From assembly GCA_963786935.1 (NCBI GenBank), contig CAWBAN010000004.1, positions 192,001 to 256,000 on the forward strand: DNA of 64,000 bases. The letters are read 5' to 3'. Positions within the stretch are counted from its first letter, which is position 1. The number at the start of each line of letters is the position of its first letter. A program made the position numbers and the translations under genes. Shown here piece by piece: positions 46,795 to 56,898 of the stretch. A model generated the notes under the pieces. It was not told the origin of the DNA. It saw only the letters and a program-made list of their open reading frames with translations, and did not search any database. This DNA is from an uncultured bacterium. Its GTDB lineage: Bacteria; Krumholzibacteriota; Krumholzibacteriia; Krumholzibacteriales; Krumholzibacteriaceae.

Positions 46795-47949
46795 GTGATC
46801 AAGCGTGGTGCGATTCCGGCGCTGTGCGCGGTGCTGTTCTCGGTGCTCGTTTCGACATCGGCGGGGGCGGCCGAATGGTATGAGCGGATCAAGGTGGGAG
46901 GGGACGTCCGCGTCCGCGGCGAGGCGATCAAGATCGAATACGGCAACGACGATTCCCGCGCGCGCATCCGGGCGCGCCTGCGCGTCATGGGGGAAGTGAC
47001 CGGGAGCTGGAGCGCCGGCCTCGGCCTCGCCACGGGATCGGACGATCCCGTCTCGACGAACGTGACGCTCACCGGCGGCTTCGCGAACAAAGGGCTCATG
47101 CTCGATCTCGCTTACATCGATTATCACCCGAAGGCGATTTCGGGGCTCCATATCGTCGCCGGGAAAATGCATCTCCCCTTCGAGACCGCGGAGGGAAGCG
47201 AGCTCCAGTGGGATCACGATCTCACGCCGGAAGGATTCGCGGCGAGATATCGGAACGTGGCGCTCGAGCGGGTCGAATTCTTCGCGAACGGCGCCCTGTT
47301 CGAAATCAGGGACACCAATCCGGACGATCTCGGCGAGGCGTGGATGATCGGCGGCCAGGCGGGGCTCGACGCGTCGCTCCCCCGCGGCGTGGACGTCACG
47401 GTCGGCGCGGCCTACTACAATTACGAAGGGGCGATCGGCAACTACGGATTCTACCGGCCGACCGAATTCTACGGCAATACGTGGGATCTCTGGGCCGGGA
47501 AGACGGAGGTCGGCGGATATCCGATGGTCATCCGCGGGTACGCGCACGATTTCAACGTCGTCGAGGCGCTCGGGGTGGTCGACGGCGCTCTGCGCGATTG
47601 GGTCGAATTCACGCTCTACGGAACGTACGTGAACAACATCAGGGCCGACGATCTGAACGTCGGTTGGCTCGCCGGCGGCTCGGCGAGCCGCGGGCGGGAC
47701 GCGGGAGCGGTGAAGCTCTACGCGAACTACCGGCGGCTCGAGCCCGACGCCGTGATCGGCATCTTCACCGATTCGGACTTCGCCGGCGGGGGGACCGATT
47801 GCAGGGGTTGGGAGCTCGGCTGCGTCGTCGGCGCCGCGAAGGGGATCGATCTGCGGGCGACGTGGTTCCTGAACATGCGGAATATCAGGTACGAGGAGTT
47901 CGAATCCGAATACCGGCGGCTGCAGGTGGACGTGCAGGCGGCGTTCTGA
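46795..47949 (+). CDS. Putative porin (paralog 1)
   Basis: Signal peptide, GDVRVRGE, RARIRARL, DPVSTN.TL, LDLAYIDY, QWDHDLTPEG and C-terminal Phe. Confidence 0.8.
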   Translation: MIKRGAIPALCAVLFSVLVSTSAGAAEWYERIKVGGDVRVRGEAIKIEYGNDDSRARIRARLRVMGEVTGSWSAGLGLATGSDDPVSTNVTLTGGFANKGLMLDLAYIDYHPKAISGLHIVAGKMHLPFETAEGSELQWDHDLTPEGFAARYRNVALERVEFFANGALFEIRDTNPDDLGEAWMIGGQAGLDASLPRGVDVTVGAAYYNYEGAIGNYGFYRPTEFYGNTWDLWAGKTEVGGYPMVIRGYAHDFNVVEALGVVDGALRDWVEFTLYGTYVNNIRADDLNVGWLAGGSASRGRDAGAVKLYANYRRLEPDAVIGIFTDSDFAGGGTDCRGWELGCVVGAAKGIDLRATWFLNMRNIRYEEFESEYRRLQVDVQAAF

Positions 47950-48002
47950 GGGGGCGCTCGCGCGGCGGCGCCGCCGCCGGAGCGAAGCGAGCACACGGAA
48001 AA

Positions 48003-48040
48003 TTCACATATTCGAGATATGCGCCTCACATTTCGATGAT
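48003..48040 (+). promoter_or_regulatory. Pho-box-like direct repeats upstream of phoB
   Basis: TTCACAT (48003) and CTCACAT (48025) lie 22 nt apart. Confidence 0.45.
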
Positions 48041-48088
48041 ACCTTCGTATCGAAATGGGATAGCCTTTCACCGGAAGCGAGGTCAGGC

Positions 48089-48778
48089 ATGGCATCTCAC
48101 CACATACTGGTCGTCGACGACGAGGAGGACATCCTCGAGCTCGTGAGCTACAACCTCGCGAAGGCGGGGTATCGCGTGACGAGCGTCGCCTCGGGAGAAG
48201 AAGCGATCAAGGCGGCGCGTTCGAAGAATCCCGACCTCGTCCTCCTCGATCTCATGCTCCCCGGCGTCGACGGGCTCGAGGTCTGCAATACGCTGAAGCG
48301 CGACCCGCGCACCGCGAATATCCCCGTCATCATGCTCACCGCCCGCGGGGAAGAGGCCGACATCGTATCCGGTCTCGAGCTCGGGGCGGACGACTACGTG
48401 ACGAAGCCCTTCAGCCCGCGCGTTCTCCTCGCCCGCATCAAGGCCGTGCTCCGGCGAAAGACGCATGCGCCCGCCGAGGAGCAGGCGGTCATCAAGCTCA
48501 AGGACCTTGTGATACACCCGGGGCGGCACGAGGTGACGGTGCGTGGGAAGCGCGCCGATCTCACGTCGACCGAGTTCAGGATTCTCCACCTCCTCGCGCG
48601 CCGGTCCGGTTGGGTGTACACACGGCAGCAGATCATCGACGCGGCGCGCGGCGAGGACTATGCGGTGACGGATCGCTCCGTCGACGTGCATGTCTCGGGA
48701 CTTCGCAAAAAGCTGGGTCCTCTCGGGGAGCAGGTCGAGACCGTGCACGGCGTCGGGTACCGGTTCAAGGAGAGTTGA
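48089..48778 (+). CDS. phoB: PhoB/PhoP-type OmpR-family response regulator
   Basis: REC domain plus winged helix (LTSTEF, RSVDVHV..LRKKL, ETVHGVGY). Context is the pst operon. Confidence 0.88.
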   Translation: MASHHILVVDDEEDILELVSYNLAKAGYRVTSVASGEEAIKAARSKNPDLVLLDLMLPGVDGLEVCNTLKRDPRTANIPVIMLTARGEEADIVSGLELGADDYVTKPFSPRVLLARIKAVLRRKTHAPAEEQAVIKLKDLVIHPGRHEVTVRGKRADLTSTEFRILHLLARRSGWVYTRQQIIDAARGEDYAVTDRSVDVHVSGLRKKLGPLGEQVETVHGVGYRFKES

Positions 48779-50575
48779 ATGGCCCGCAAACGTCTTCTTG
48801 CGCAGCTCTATCCCTATCATCTGCTCATCCTCGTGCTTTCGCTCGCCGCGGTGACCTGGTACGCGTCGCACGTCGCGCAGCGGCTCTATCTGCGAAGCAC
48901 CGAGGAGAGCCTCTTCGCACGGGCGCGGCTTGCGGAGCTTCAGGTGACGGCGGCGGGGAGGACGGGGGCCGGCGCAATGGACGCGCCCGGCGGTTTCGTC
49001 GATTCGCTCTGCAAGGCGCTCGGGGGGTCCTCGCACACCCGCTTCACCATCGTGCTTCCCTCGGGGAAGGTCCTCGGCGATTCGCACGCCGATCCCCGCG
49101 GCATGGCGAGCCATATCGATCGCCCCGAGATCGCTCGGGCGCTCGCGGGCGACGTCGGCCGGTCGGTGCGGTTCAGCGACACCGAGAGAACGCGAATCAT
49201 GTACGTCGCCGTTCCGATGCGCCGGGAGGGACGCGTCATCGGGGCCATTCGCGCGTCCGTGCCGCTGAATGTAGTGGACGAGAGCCTGCGGGTCATGCAT
49301 CTCAGGATATTCGCCGGTCTCGCGGCGGTCGTTCTCATCGCGGGCGCCGTGAGCTACGGCATCGCGCGGAGGATCGGGCGTCCCCTGCGGGACCTGCGGG
49401 AAGGGATCGGGCGCTTCGAGCGGGAGGGTCTGAGCTACCGGATCCCCGTCTCGCGATTCGAGGAGATCGGGAGCATCGCATCGCTGATGAACGAGCTCGC
49501 CGAGCGGCTCGACGAGCGCATCCACGCCGAGGGGCGGCAGCTGAGCGAACAGGAGGCCGTGTTCTCGAGCATGGCGGAAGGGATCGTCGTCGTCGATCCG
49601 GCGGAGCGCGTGACGAGAATCAACCGCTCGGCGGCGCGGTTCCTCGGCGTCGAGCCCGCGGCGGCGCTCGGCAAGAGCATTCAGGAGATCGTGCGGAACC
49701 CGCGCCTGCAGGAGATCGTCGCGCGGTCGCTCTCGGCGGCGGAACCGATCGAAGGGGATATCGTTCTCCGCGCCGGGCAGGGCGAGCTCTTTCTGCAGGC
49801 GCACGGCACGGCGCTGTTCGACGACGAAGCCGCGAAGATCGGCGCCGTCATCGTGCTCAACGACGTGACACGGCTCCAGCGTCTCGAGGGGATCAGGCGC
49901 GACTTCGTGGCGAACGTGTCGCACGAGCTCAAGACCCCCATCACGTCGATCAAGGGATTCGTCGAAACGCTTCGCGACGGCGCGATGTGCCGTCCGGGAG
50001 AAGCGCAGAAATTCCTCGAGATCGTGGCGAAGCAGGCCGACCGCATGAGCTCGATCATCGAAGACCTGCTCCTCCTGTCCCGCATCGAGCAGGATGCGCG
50101 TGAGGCGAAGGTCACGCTCGAACGCGCGCCGCTCAAGGGTGTCCTCCTCGAAGCGGTGCAGGTGTGCGAACCGAAGGCCCGCGCCAAGGATATCCGGATC
50201 ACGGTCGAATGTCCGGAGGGGCTCGACGCCCTGATCAACACGGCGCTTCTCGAGCAGGCGGTCATCAATCTCGTCGACAACGCGATCAAATACAGCGAGG
50301 CGGGGCGCCCCGTGAGCGTCGATGCTTCGGCGAGCGGGAGCGTCGTGACGATCAGCGTCCGCGACGAGGGATCGGGCATCGAGCCGGAGCACCTGCCCCG
50401 GATATTCGAGCGCTTCTACCGCGTCGACAAGGCGCGGAGCAGGAAGCTCGGCGGGACGGGGCTCGGGCTCGCGATCGTGAAACATATCGTGCAGGCGCAT
50501 GGCGGCACCGTCTCGGTCGACAGCGTTCCCGGCGCGGGGACCACGTTCTCGATTCATCTTCCGAAGAGCGCCTGA
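48779..50575 (+). CDS. phoR: PhoR-type sensor histidine kinase (HAMP-PAS-HisKA-HATPase)
   Basis: RRDFVANVSHELKTPITSI, NLVDNAIKYS and RIFERFYRVDKARSRKLGGTGLGL. Confidence 0.9.
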   Translation: MARKRLLAQLYPYHLLILVLSLAAVTWYASHVAQRLYLRSTEESLFARARLAELQVTAAGRTGAGAMDAPGGFVDSLCKALGGSSHTRFTIVLPSGKVLGDSHADPRGMASHIDRPEIARALAGDVGRSVRFSDTERTRIMYVAVPMRREGRVIGAIRASVPLNVVDESLRVMHLRIFAGLAAVVLIAGAVSYGIARRIGRPLRDLREGIGRFEREGLSYRIPVSRFEEIGSIASLMNELAERLDERIHAEGRQLSEQEAVFSSMAEGIVVVDPAERVTRINRSAARFLGVEPAAALGKSIQEIVRNPRLQEIVARSLSAAEPIEGDIVLRAGQGELFLQAHGTALFDDEAAKIGAVIVLNDVTRLQRLEGIRRDFVANVSHELKTPITSIKGFVETLRDGAMCRPGEAQKFLEIVAKQADRMSSIIEDLLLLSRIEQDAREAKVTLERAPLKGVLLEAVQVCEPKARAKDIRITVECPEGLDALINTALLEQAVINLVDNAIKYSEAGRPVSVDASASGSVVTISVRDEGSGIEPEHLPRIFERFYRVDKARSRKLGGTGLGLAIVKHIVQAHGGTVSVDSVPGAGTTFSIHLPKSA

Positions 50576-50589
50576 AGCGCCTTTGCGTT

Positions 50590-50638
50590 TTCACCGGAAA
50601 CTCATTTCCCCCTCAAATAATCCTAACAGGCGTCTCGC
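50590..50638 (+). promoter_or_regulatory. Pho box array upstream of porin 2
   Basis: TTCAC/CTCAT/CTCAA/CTAAC/CTCGC at 50590, 50601, 50612, 50623 and 50634 (11-nt period). Confidence 0.6.
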
Positions 50639-50730
50639 ATACTTATTCCCGAAGCATGTTGCATCGCGTGTCGAGGCAACGGAGATCAAGGGAACGGGCA
50701 AACGTGAACTCAGTCCAAGGAGGTGCCGAG

Positions 50731-51891
50731 ATGAGGAGAATCGCGATGGTCGCGCTTCTCGCGTGCCTGTTCGTGCCGGTGTTCGCGCAGGCGGCCGAAT
50801 GGCACGAGAAGCTGAAGCTCAAGGGGGACGTCCGGTTCCGCAACGAGCTTATCCAGCAGCAGGACAAAAAGGACGATTTCAGGTGGCGCCTGCGGGCGCG
50901 GCTCGCCGTCGAGGCGGAGATCAACGAGGCATGGAGCGCCGCGATCGGGCTCGCGTCGGGCTCCCTCGATCCCGTCTCGACGAACCAGACGCTCACGGCC
51001 GGTTTTTCGAGAAAGACGATCATGCTCGATCTCGCCTACATCGACTATCACCCGAAGCGGGCGCCGGGCCTGAGCGTGATCGGCGGCAAGATGAAGCTCC
51101 CGTTCGAAACGGCGGACAGGACGGAGCTCGTATGGGACAATGACTTGACGCCCGAGGGAATCGCCCTCAAGTACAAGCGCGCCGTGGGCGCCAAGGCGGA
51201 GATGTTCGCGAGCGCGGCGGGCTTCTATATCACCGACAACAATCCGGACAACGAGCAGTGGCTGTCGGGCGGCCAGGTTGGATTCAACGTGAAGCCGTCC
51301 GGCGCGGTGAGCCTGACGGCGGGCGCGAGCTACTTCGATTACCACCGGATCGAAGGGCAGCCGGGCGTTTACAACCCGGAGAGCTTCTACGGCAACAGCT
51401 CGATGAAGATCGGCACCAAGGTCGTCACGGTGAAGGCCGGGAATACGGTCATCGGGAGGGACACGGTCGACGTGTTCGGTTACGCGGTCGATTTCAACGA
51501 GCTCGAGCTCTTCGGAACCTTCGACGTCAAGGTCAACGATAAGGTTTCGCTGAGGCTCACGGGCGATTACGTGAACAACGGCGGAGCGGACAGCCTGAGC
51601 ACGGCCTATCTCTTCGGCGGATCGCTCACCTATGGAAAAGACGCGGGATCGATCAAGCTCTCGGCCAACTACCGGAAGGTCGAGGCCGACGCCGTGCTCG
51701 GCGTCTTCACCTACTCCGATCCCTGGGGGGGCGGCACCGACGGCAAGGGGTACGAGCTCGGATTCTCCTACGGCCTCGCGAAGGGAACGAGCTTCGACGT
51801 CACGTATCACATCAACACGAAAGGCGTCAAGGACGGGGTCGAGGGGACCGATTACAACAGGCTCAAGGCCGACATTCTCGTAAAGTTCTGA
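50731..51891 (+). CDS. Putative porin (paralog 2), probably phosphate-regulated
   Basis: RBS AAGGAGGT, signal peptide, the same motifs as porin 1, ends ILVKF. Confidence 0.82.
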   Translation: MRRIAMVALLACLFVPVFAQAAEWHEKLKLKGDVRFRNELIQQQDKKDDFRWRLRARLAVEAEINEAWSAAIGLASGSLDPVSTNQTLTAGFSRKTIMLDLAYIDYHPKRAPGLSVIGGKMKLPFETADRTELVWDNDLTPEGIALKYKRAVGAKAEMFASAAGFYITDNNPDNEQWLSGGQVGFNVKPSGAVSLTAGASYFDYHRIEGQPGVYNPESFYGNSSMKIGTKVVTVKAGNTVIGRDTVDVFGYAVDFNELELFGTFDVKVNDKVSLRLTGDYVNNGGADSLSTAYLFGGSLTYGKDAGSIKLSANYRKVEADAVLGVFTYSDPWGGGTDGKGYELGFSYGLAKGTSFDVTYHINTKGVKDGVEGTDYNRLKADILVKF

Positions 51892-51907
51892 GCCGGGCCG
51901 CGCGGCC

Positions 51908-51945
51908 TTCACGAAATTCTAACAACTCCCTCACGAGGGATTAAC
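51908..51945 (+). promoter_or_regulatory. Pho box array upstream of pstS
   Basis: TTCAC/CTAAC/CTCAC/TTAAC at 51908, 51919, 51930 and 51941 (11-nt period). Confidence 0.7.
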
Positions 51946-51992
51946 GGGACGTGAGCATCATGAAGAGAACAATGAAACAGGAGGTGCTGGCG

Positions 51993-52838
51993 ATGAAGAG
52001 AATCGGAAACGTGATCGGGACGGCGTCGCTCGCCGTCGCGCTCTGCCTCGTCTTCGCGGTCTCCCCGGGATTCGCGCAGGCCAACCGGATCATCGTCGAC
52101 GGCTCGACGACGGTCGGGCCGATTGCAAAGGCGTTCGCCGAATACTTCATGTCGAAGAATCCCGGCATCAATATCACGGTGGGCGAGTCGGGAAGCGGAA
52201 ACGGAGCCAAATCGCTCATCAACGGGATGTGCGACATCGCGACGATGTCGCGCTTCATGAAGGACGAGGAGTTCAAGGCCGCGGTCGCGAAGGGCGTCTA
52301 TCCGGTCGGAACGGTCGTCGCGATCGACGGGCTCGCGATCGTCGTCCATCCGAGCTCTCCGGTCCAGGGGCTCACCATCGAGCGGATCCGCGACATCTAC
52401 ACGGGCAAAATCACGAATTGGAAAGAGGTCGGCGGTCCGAACGTCGCGATCGTCGTGATCAGCCGCGACACGAACAGCGGCACGTACGAGAGTTTCGAAT
52501 CGCTCGTCATGAACAAACAGAAGATCTCCGACAAGGCCGAGTACGTGGGATCGAGCGGCGCAATACGCGCGCGCGTCCAGAGCACCCCGGCGGCCATCGG
52601 CTACGTGGGGCTCGGCTTCGTCGACAAGACCCTTAAGGCGCTCAAGGTGAACGGCGTCATTCCCGATAACGCGACGGTGATCTCCGGCGAATATCCGATC
52701 GCCCGGCCGCTCTTCATGTTCACGAACGGCGTGCCGAAGCCGGGGAGCAAGCTCTACAACTTCCTGAACCTCTACCTGACGCAGAAAGGGCAGCAGATCG
52801 TCGAGGAGATCGGGTTCGTGCCCGTCACGCAGTACTGA
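51993..52838 (+). CDS. pstS: Phosphate ABC transporter substrate-binding protein
   Basis: DGSTTVGP, SGSGNG, SRDTNSGT and YPIARPL. RBS AGGAGGT. Confidence 0.93.
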   Translation: MKRIGNVIGTASLAVALCLVFAVSPGFAQANRIIVDGSTTVGPIAKAFAEYFMSKNPGINITVGESGSGNGAKSLINGMCDIATMSRFMKDEEFKAAVAKGVYPVGTVVAIDGLAIVVHPSSPVQGLTIERIRDIYTGKITNWKEVGGPNVAIVVISRDTNSGTYESFESLVMNKQKISDKAEYVGSSGAIRARVQSTPAAIGYVGLGFVDKTLKALKVNGVIPDNATVISGEYPIARPLFMFTNGVPKPGSKLYNFLNLYLTQKGQQIVEEIGFVPVTQY

Positions 52839-53962
52839 TGGAGAACGGCATTCTGATAAGCGCGGGCGCCAGGCGCTTCAAGCGCCTCGGCGCCCTTTTC
52901 GGCCATTCGCTTCTCGTTGCGGTCGCCTCGAGCTCCATCATCGCGCTCCTCTTCATCTTCTATTTTATCATGCGCGACGCGATCCCCTTCTTCAGGCTCG
53001 AGGGCTTCAGGGAGTTCTTCACGAGCACGCACTGGTACCCGTCCCGCGATCCGGCCGAGTTCGGCGCGCTCGCGATCTTCGTCGGGAGCGCGCTCGTCAC
53101 GCTCGGGGCCTCGCTCGTCGCCGTGCCGATGGGGATACTCGCCGCGCTGTGCTTGAGCGATATTCTCCCGTTCTCGGCGCGGCAGGTGGCGAAGCCGGTC
53201 ATCGAGATGCTCGCGGCGATTCCGTCGGTCGTGTACGGATTCTTCGCGCTCGCCGTCTTCGCGCCGCTGCTCCAGACTCACGGGGGAAGCGTTCTCGTCG
53301 CCGGCGCATGGATGGTTCTCGCGCCCGTCGCGCTCGTCGCCGCCGCGCTGGCGGGCGACGCCGCGGCTTCGCGATTGCCCCCGAGAGCCCGCATGCCGGG
53401 GCGCGTCGCCGTCGCGGCCGGTTTCGGCGCCCTCTCGCTCGGAGCGCTCATCGTCCTCTCGGGGCATCTCGGCCGCATCTCCGTCTCGACGGGGACGAAC
53501 GCCCTCAACGTCTCGATCATCCTCGGGATCATGGCGCTGCCCACGATCGTGAGCGTCTCGGAGGACGCGCTGCAGTCCGTCGGTCGCGAGCTCCGCGAGG
53601 GGAGCTACGCCCTCGGCGCCACGCGAGCGGAGACCCTCGTCAAGGTCGTCGTGCCCGCGGCGCGCAGCGGCATCCTCGCCGCCGTGATCCTCGGCGTCAT
53701 GCGCGCGATCGGCGAGACGATGGTCGTCTGGATGGCCTCGGGCAACGCCGCGCAGATCCCCTCGCCCTGGTACAATCTCCTCGAGCCGGTCCGCACGCTC
53801 ACCGCGACGATCGCGGGCGACATGGGCGAGGCCGACCAGGTCACCGGCTCGGCGCGCTATCACGTGCTCTTCGCCATGGCGCTCTGCCTGCTCGCGTTCG
53901 CGTTCGTCATGAACGTCGTGAGCGAATACGCCATGCGTCGGACGCGCCGGAAGGGGAGGTGA
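52838..53962 (+). CDS. pstC: Phosphate ABC transporter permease PstC
   Basis: IEMLAAIPSVVYGFF, IMALPTIVSVSEDAL and RAIGETMVV. Confidence 0.93.
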   Translation: MENGILISAGARRFKRLGALFGHSLLVAVASSSIIALLFIFYFIMRDAIPFFRLEGFREFFTSTHWYPSRDPAEFGALAIFVGSALVTLGASLVAVPMGILAALCLSDILPFSARQVAKPVIEMLAAIPSVVYGFFALAVFAPLLQTHGGSVLVAGAWMVLAPVALVAAALAGDAAASRLPPRARMPGRVAVAAGFGALSLGALIVLSGHLGRISVSTGTNALNVSIILGIMALPTIVSVSEDALQSVGRELREGSYALGATRAETLVKVVVPAARSGILAAVILGVMRAIGETMVVWMASGNAAQIPSPWYNLLEPVRTLTATIAGDMGEADQVTGSARYHVLFAMALCLLAFAFVMNVVSEYAMRRTRRKGR

Positions 53963-53966
53963 CGGG

Positions 53967-55314
53967 ATGCAGATCGGAACCCGCAAGCTGCTCGACCGCG
54001 CCTTCACCTTTGTGAGCGTCGTCTCGATCGTGCTCATGTCGCTCGCGCTGGTCGTCCTCCTCGGGCCGATATTCGTCAAGGGATCATCCGCCTTCATATT
54101 CCGGGCCACGGTCGAGCATCGCGAGCTCATGCTCGAGAAGTTCGGGCGCGGTGACCGCGCCGCGGTCGACGCCGAGCGGTCGCGGGCGGAGGCGGCGCGC
54201 GCGCCCGTCTTCGAGGCGATCCGGGCCTTCGAGGAGCAGCTCGACACGGCAGACGCCGATTTCCGCCGGCAATACCGGAGTGAATTCAACGAGCTGAAGG
54301 GCCTCGTGTTCGACCTCTTCGGGCCGACGCCCGGCGCGGAGGAGCCCGTGCTCATGCGCGAGCAGTACGGCCAGACCCGGTGGGACCGGGCGCAGGTCAA
54401 GCTCCGGGCGATTCTCTTCGTCGAGGACTAGGACTACTCGGATCCGTCGAAGATGGGCGTGAAGGTGCTGGCGCCGCGCGTCGATCGATTCAGGGGGACG
54501 TCCCTCGAGCCGGTCTTCGCGTAGCTCGAAAGCGGCGCGGAGGAGATGCTGCGTCCCCGCCTCACGTTGTACTGGCGGTTTCTTACCGACGAGTCCTACG
54601 ACTCGCATTTTTTCGGCGGCATCTGGCCGGAGATGCTCGGGACGATTTACCTCGTCGTCGGCGCGATGCTCTTCGCCGTTCCCATCGGGATCGTCACCGC
54701 GATCTACCTCGCCGAGTACGCGGGGGAGAGCCATTTCGTGAGCGTCCTCCGCACCTGCATCAGCACGCTGGCCGGCGTGCCGAGCATCGTCTTCGGGCTG
54801 TTCGGGCTGGCCTTCTTCATCAACACGATGCATGTCTCGCCGTCGAAGAGCGTGCTCGCGGGATCGCTGACGCTTGCCGTTCTCGTGCTGCCGACGGTGA
54901 TCCGCGCCTCGGAGGAGGCGATCCGGGCCGTGCCGCATGACCTACAAGGAGGCCGCGCTGAGCCTCGGCGCGAGCAAGTGGCGCACGATCCTTACGGTGA
55001 TTCTGCCGGCGGCGCTCCCCGGCATTCTCACCGGCATCATCATCAGCATGGGGCGGGCCGCGGGCGAGACGGCGCCCATCATCTTCACCGCCGCGGTGAG
55101 CGTCGGGAAGCCGCTCGCCATCTGGCAGACGATCTCGCAGCCGACGCCCGCGCTGCCGTGGAACATCTACAATCTCGCGACGGAGCACCAGGCGGTGGAC
55201 GAGATCCGGCACGTCCAGTACGGCATGGTGCTCACGCTCGTCGCGCTCGTGCTCCTGCTCAATCTGGCGGCTATCATTCTGCGCGCCAGAATATCGAAGA
55301 AGCTGAGAGGGTAG
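53967..55314 (+). pseudogene. pstA: Phosphate ABC transporter permease PstA, interrupted as sequenced
   Basis: GGIWPEMLGT, LAGVPSIVFGLFG, YKEAALSLGASKW and RAAGETAP are split by in-frame TAGs (54429, 54522) and a +1 frameshift (~54936). Confidence 0.85.
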
Positions 55315-55323
55315 GAGGCCGGT

Positions 55324-56191
55324 ATGTCCGATACGTCCGATCCGGAGGAAACAGTGAACCAGACACAGGGAGAACGAAGCGCCCCGCTCGCGAAGCCGTC
55401 GCGGACGGTGCGTCCGAACAGGCCGCAGCCGGGCGGCGATGCGCTCATCCGCGCGAAGGAGTTCTCGGTCTTCTACGGCACGAAGGCCGCCGTCGACCGG
55501 GTGACGTTCGATATCCAGGCGGGGAGGGTGACCGCGATCATCGGCCCGAGCGGCTGCGGGAAGAGCACGTTCCTGCGCGCGATCAACCGGATGAACGATC
55601 TCGTCCCCGGGTTGCAATGTGTCGGGCGCGCTGAGCCTCGAGGATCAGAATCTCTACGCCCCCGACGTCGACGTCGTGGCGCTCCGCAAGATGATCGGCA
55701 TGGTGTTCCAGAAGCCGAACCCGTTCCCCAAGAGCGTCTTCGACAACGTCGCCTTCGGGCCCCGGATACACGGGCTGAGCGACCGGGGGACGCTCGACGA
55801 GATCGTCGAGCGGAGCCTCAAGCGCGCGGCGCTCTTGGACGAGGTGAAGGACCGCCTCGACCATAGCGCGCTCGGCCTCTCGGGCGGCCAGCAGCAGCGG
55901 CTCTGCATCGCGCGGGCGATCGCGGTCGATCCGAAGATTCTCCTGATGGACGAGCCCGCCTCGGCGCTCGATCCGCGCTCGACCACCCGGATCGAGGACC
56001 TGATCGGGGAGCTCCGCGGCGACTACACGATCGTCATCGTCACGCACAACATGCAGCAGGCGGCCCGCGTCTCCGATATGACCGCTTTCTTTTACGAGGG
56101 CCGTCTGGTAGAGTTCGGCGATACGACGCAGGTATTCACCAAGCCCGAAGCCCGCGAGACCGAGGATTACATCACGGGGCGTTTCGGATGA
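55324..56191 (+). pseudogene. pstB: Phosphate ABC transporter ATPase PstB, frameshifted as sequenced
   Basis: [19 protein letters not shown] is in one frame. [23 protein letters not shown] and EDYITGRFG are in the next. There is an extra base at ~55609-55612. Confidence 0.88.
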
Positions 56192-56214
56192 CGAGCAAAA
56201 GGACGGTGTGAATC

Positions 56215-56886
56215 GTGTCGAAGCATCTGGAGATGGAGATCGAGAATCTCAAGAAACGGATTCTCGCCCTGAGCGCCGACGGTCGAGGACAACGTGTACA
56301 AGGCGGTGCGGGCGCTCGAGGAGCGGAGCTCGGCGCTCGCCGACGAGGTCATCGAGAGCGACCCGGAATCGACGACACGGAGGTGACGATCGAGGAGGAG
56401 TGCCTCAAGGTGCTCGCGCTCCATCAGCCGGTCGCGGGGGATCTGAGGTTCATCGTCGCCATCCTCAAGATCAACAACGACCTCGAGCGGATGGGGGATC
56501 TCGCCGTCAACGTCGCCGAGCGGGCGAAGTTCCTCGCGACGCGCGAGCGCCCCGACGTGCCGCTCGATCTCCCGCTCATGGCCGATAAGACGAAGGCCAT
56601 GATGAAGAAGAGCCTCGACGCCCTGATGAAACAGAACGCGAGGCTCGCGTACGAAGTCCTCGAGGCCGACGACGAGATCGACTCGATGAACCGCGACATG
56701 TACGCCCGGATCCAGGACGCGATCAGGAAGAAGCCCGAGCATCTCGAGAGCCTCATTCATCTGCTCTCGTGCTCGCGGCACCTCGAGCGCATCGCCGATC
56801 ACGCGACGAACATCGCCGAGGACGTCATCTACATGATCGACGGCGTCATCGTCCGCCACCGCGCCGAGGAGTACCGGGCCGAATGA
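56215..56886 (+). CDS. phoU: Phosphate uptake regulator PhoU with two compensating frameshifts
   Basis: HQPVAGDLR, DLERMGD and LERIADHATNIAEDVIY. Between 56278 and ~56366 the PhoU-like sequence (TVEDNVYKAVRALEERSSALADEVIESD) lies in the +1 frame. Confidence 0.88.
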   Translation: MSKHLEMEIENLKKRILALSADGRGQRVQGGAGARGAELGARRRGHRERPGIDDTEVTIEEECLKVLALHQPVAGDLRFIVAILKINNDLERMGDLAVNVAERAKFLATRERPDVPLDLPLMADKTKAMMKKSLDALMKQNARLAYEVLEADDEIDSMNRDMYARIQDAIRKKPEHLESLIHLLSCSRHLERIADHATNIAEDVIYMIDGVIVRHRAEEYRAE

Positions 56887-56898
56887 TCGCGGGATCCC

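Noticed and set aside
54429..54524. Amber recoding (pyrrolysine or alternative genetic code) in pstA
   Set aside because: TAG is a normal stop for many genes here (e.g. 2270, 12565, 15275, 31473). The two sites appear to need different residues (W and Y), and frameshifts occur nearby.
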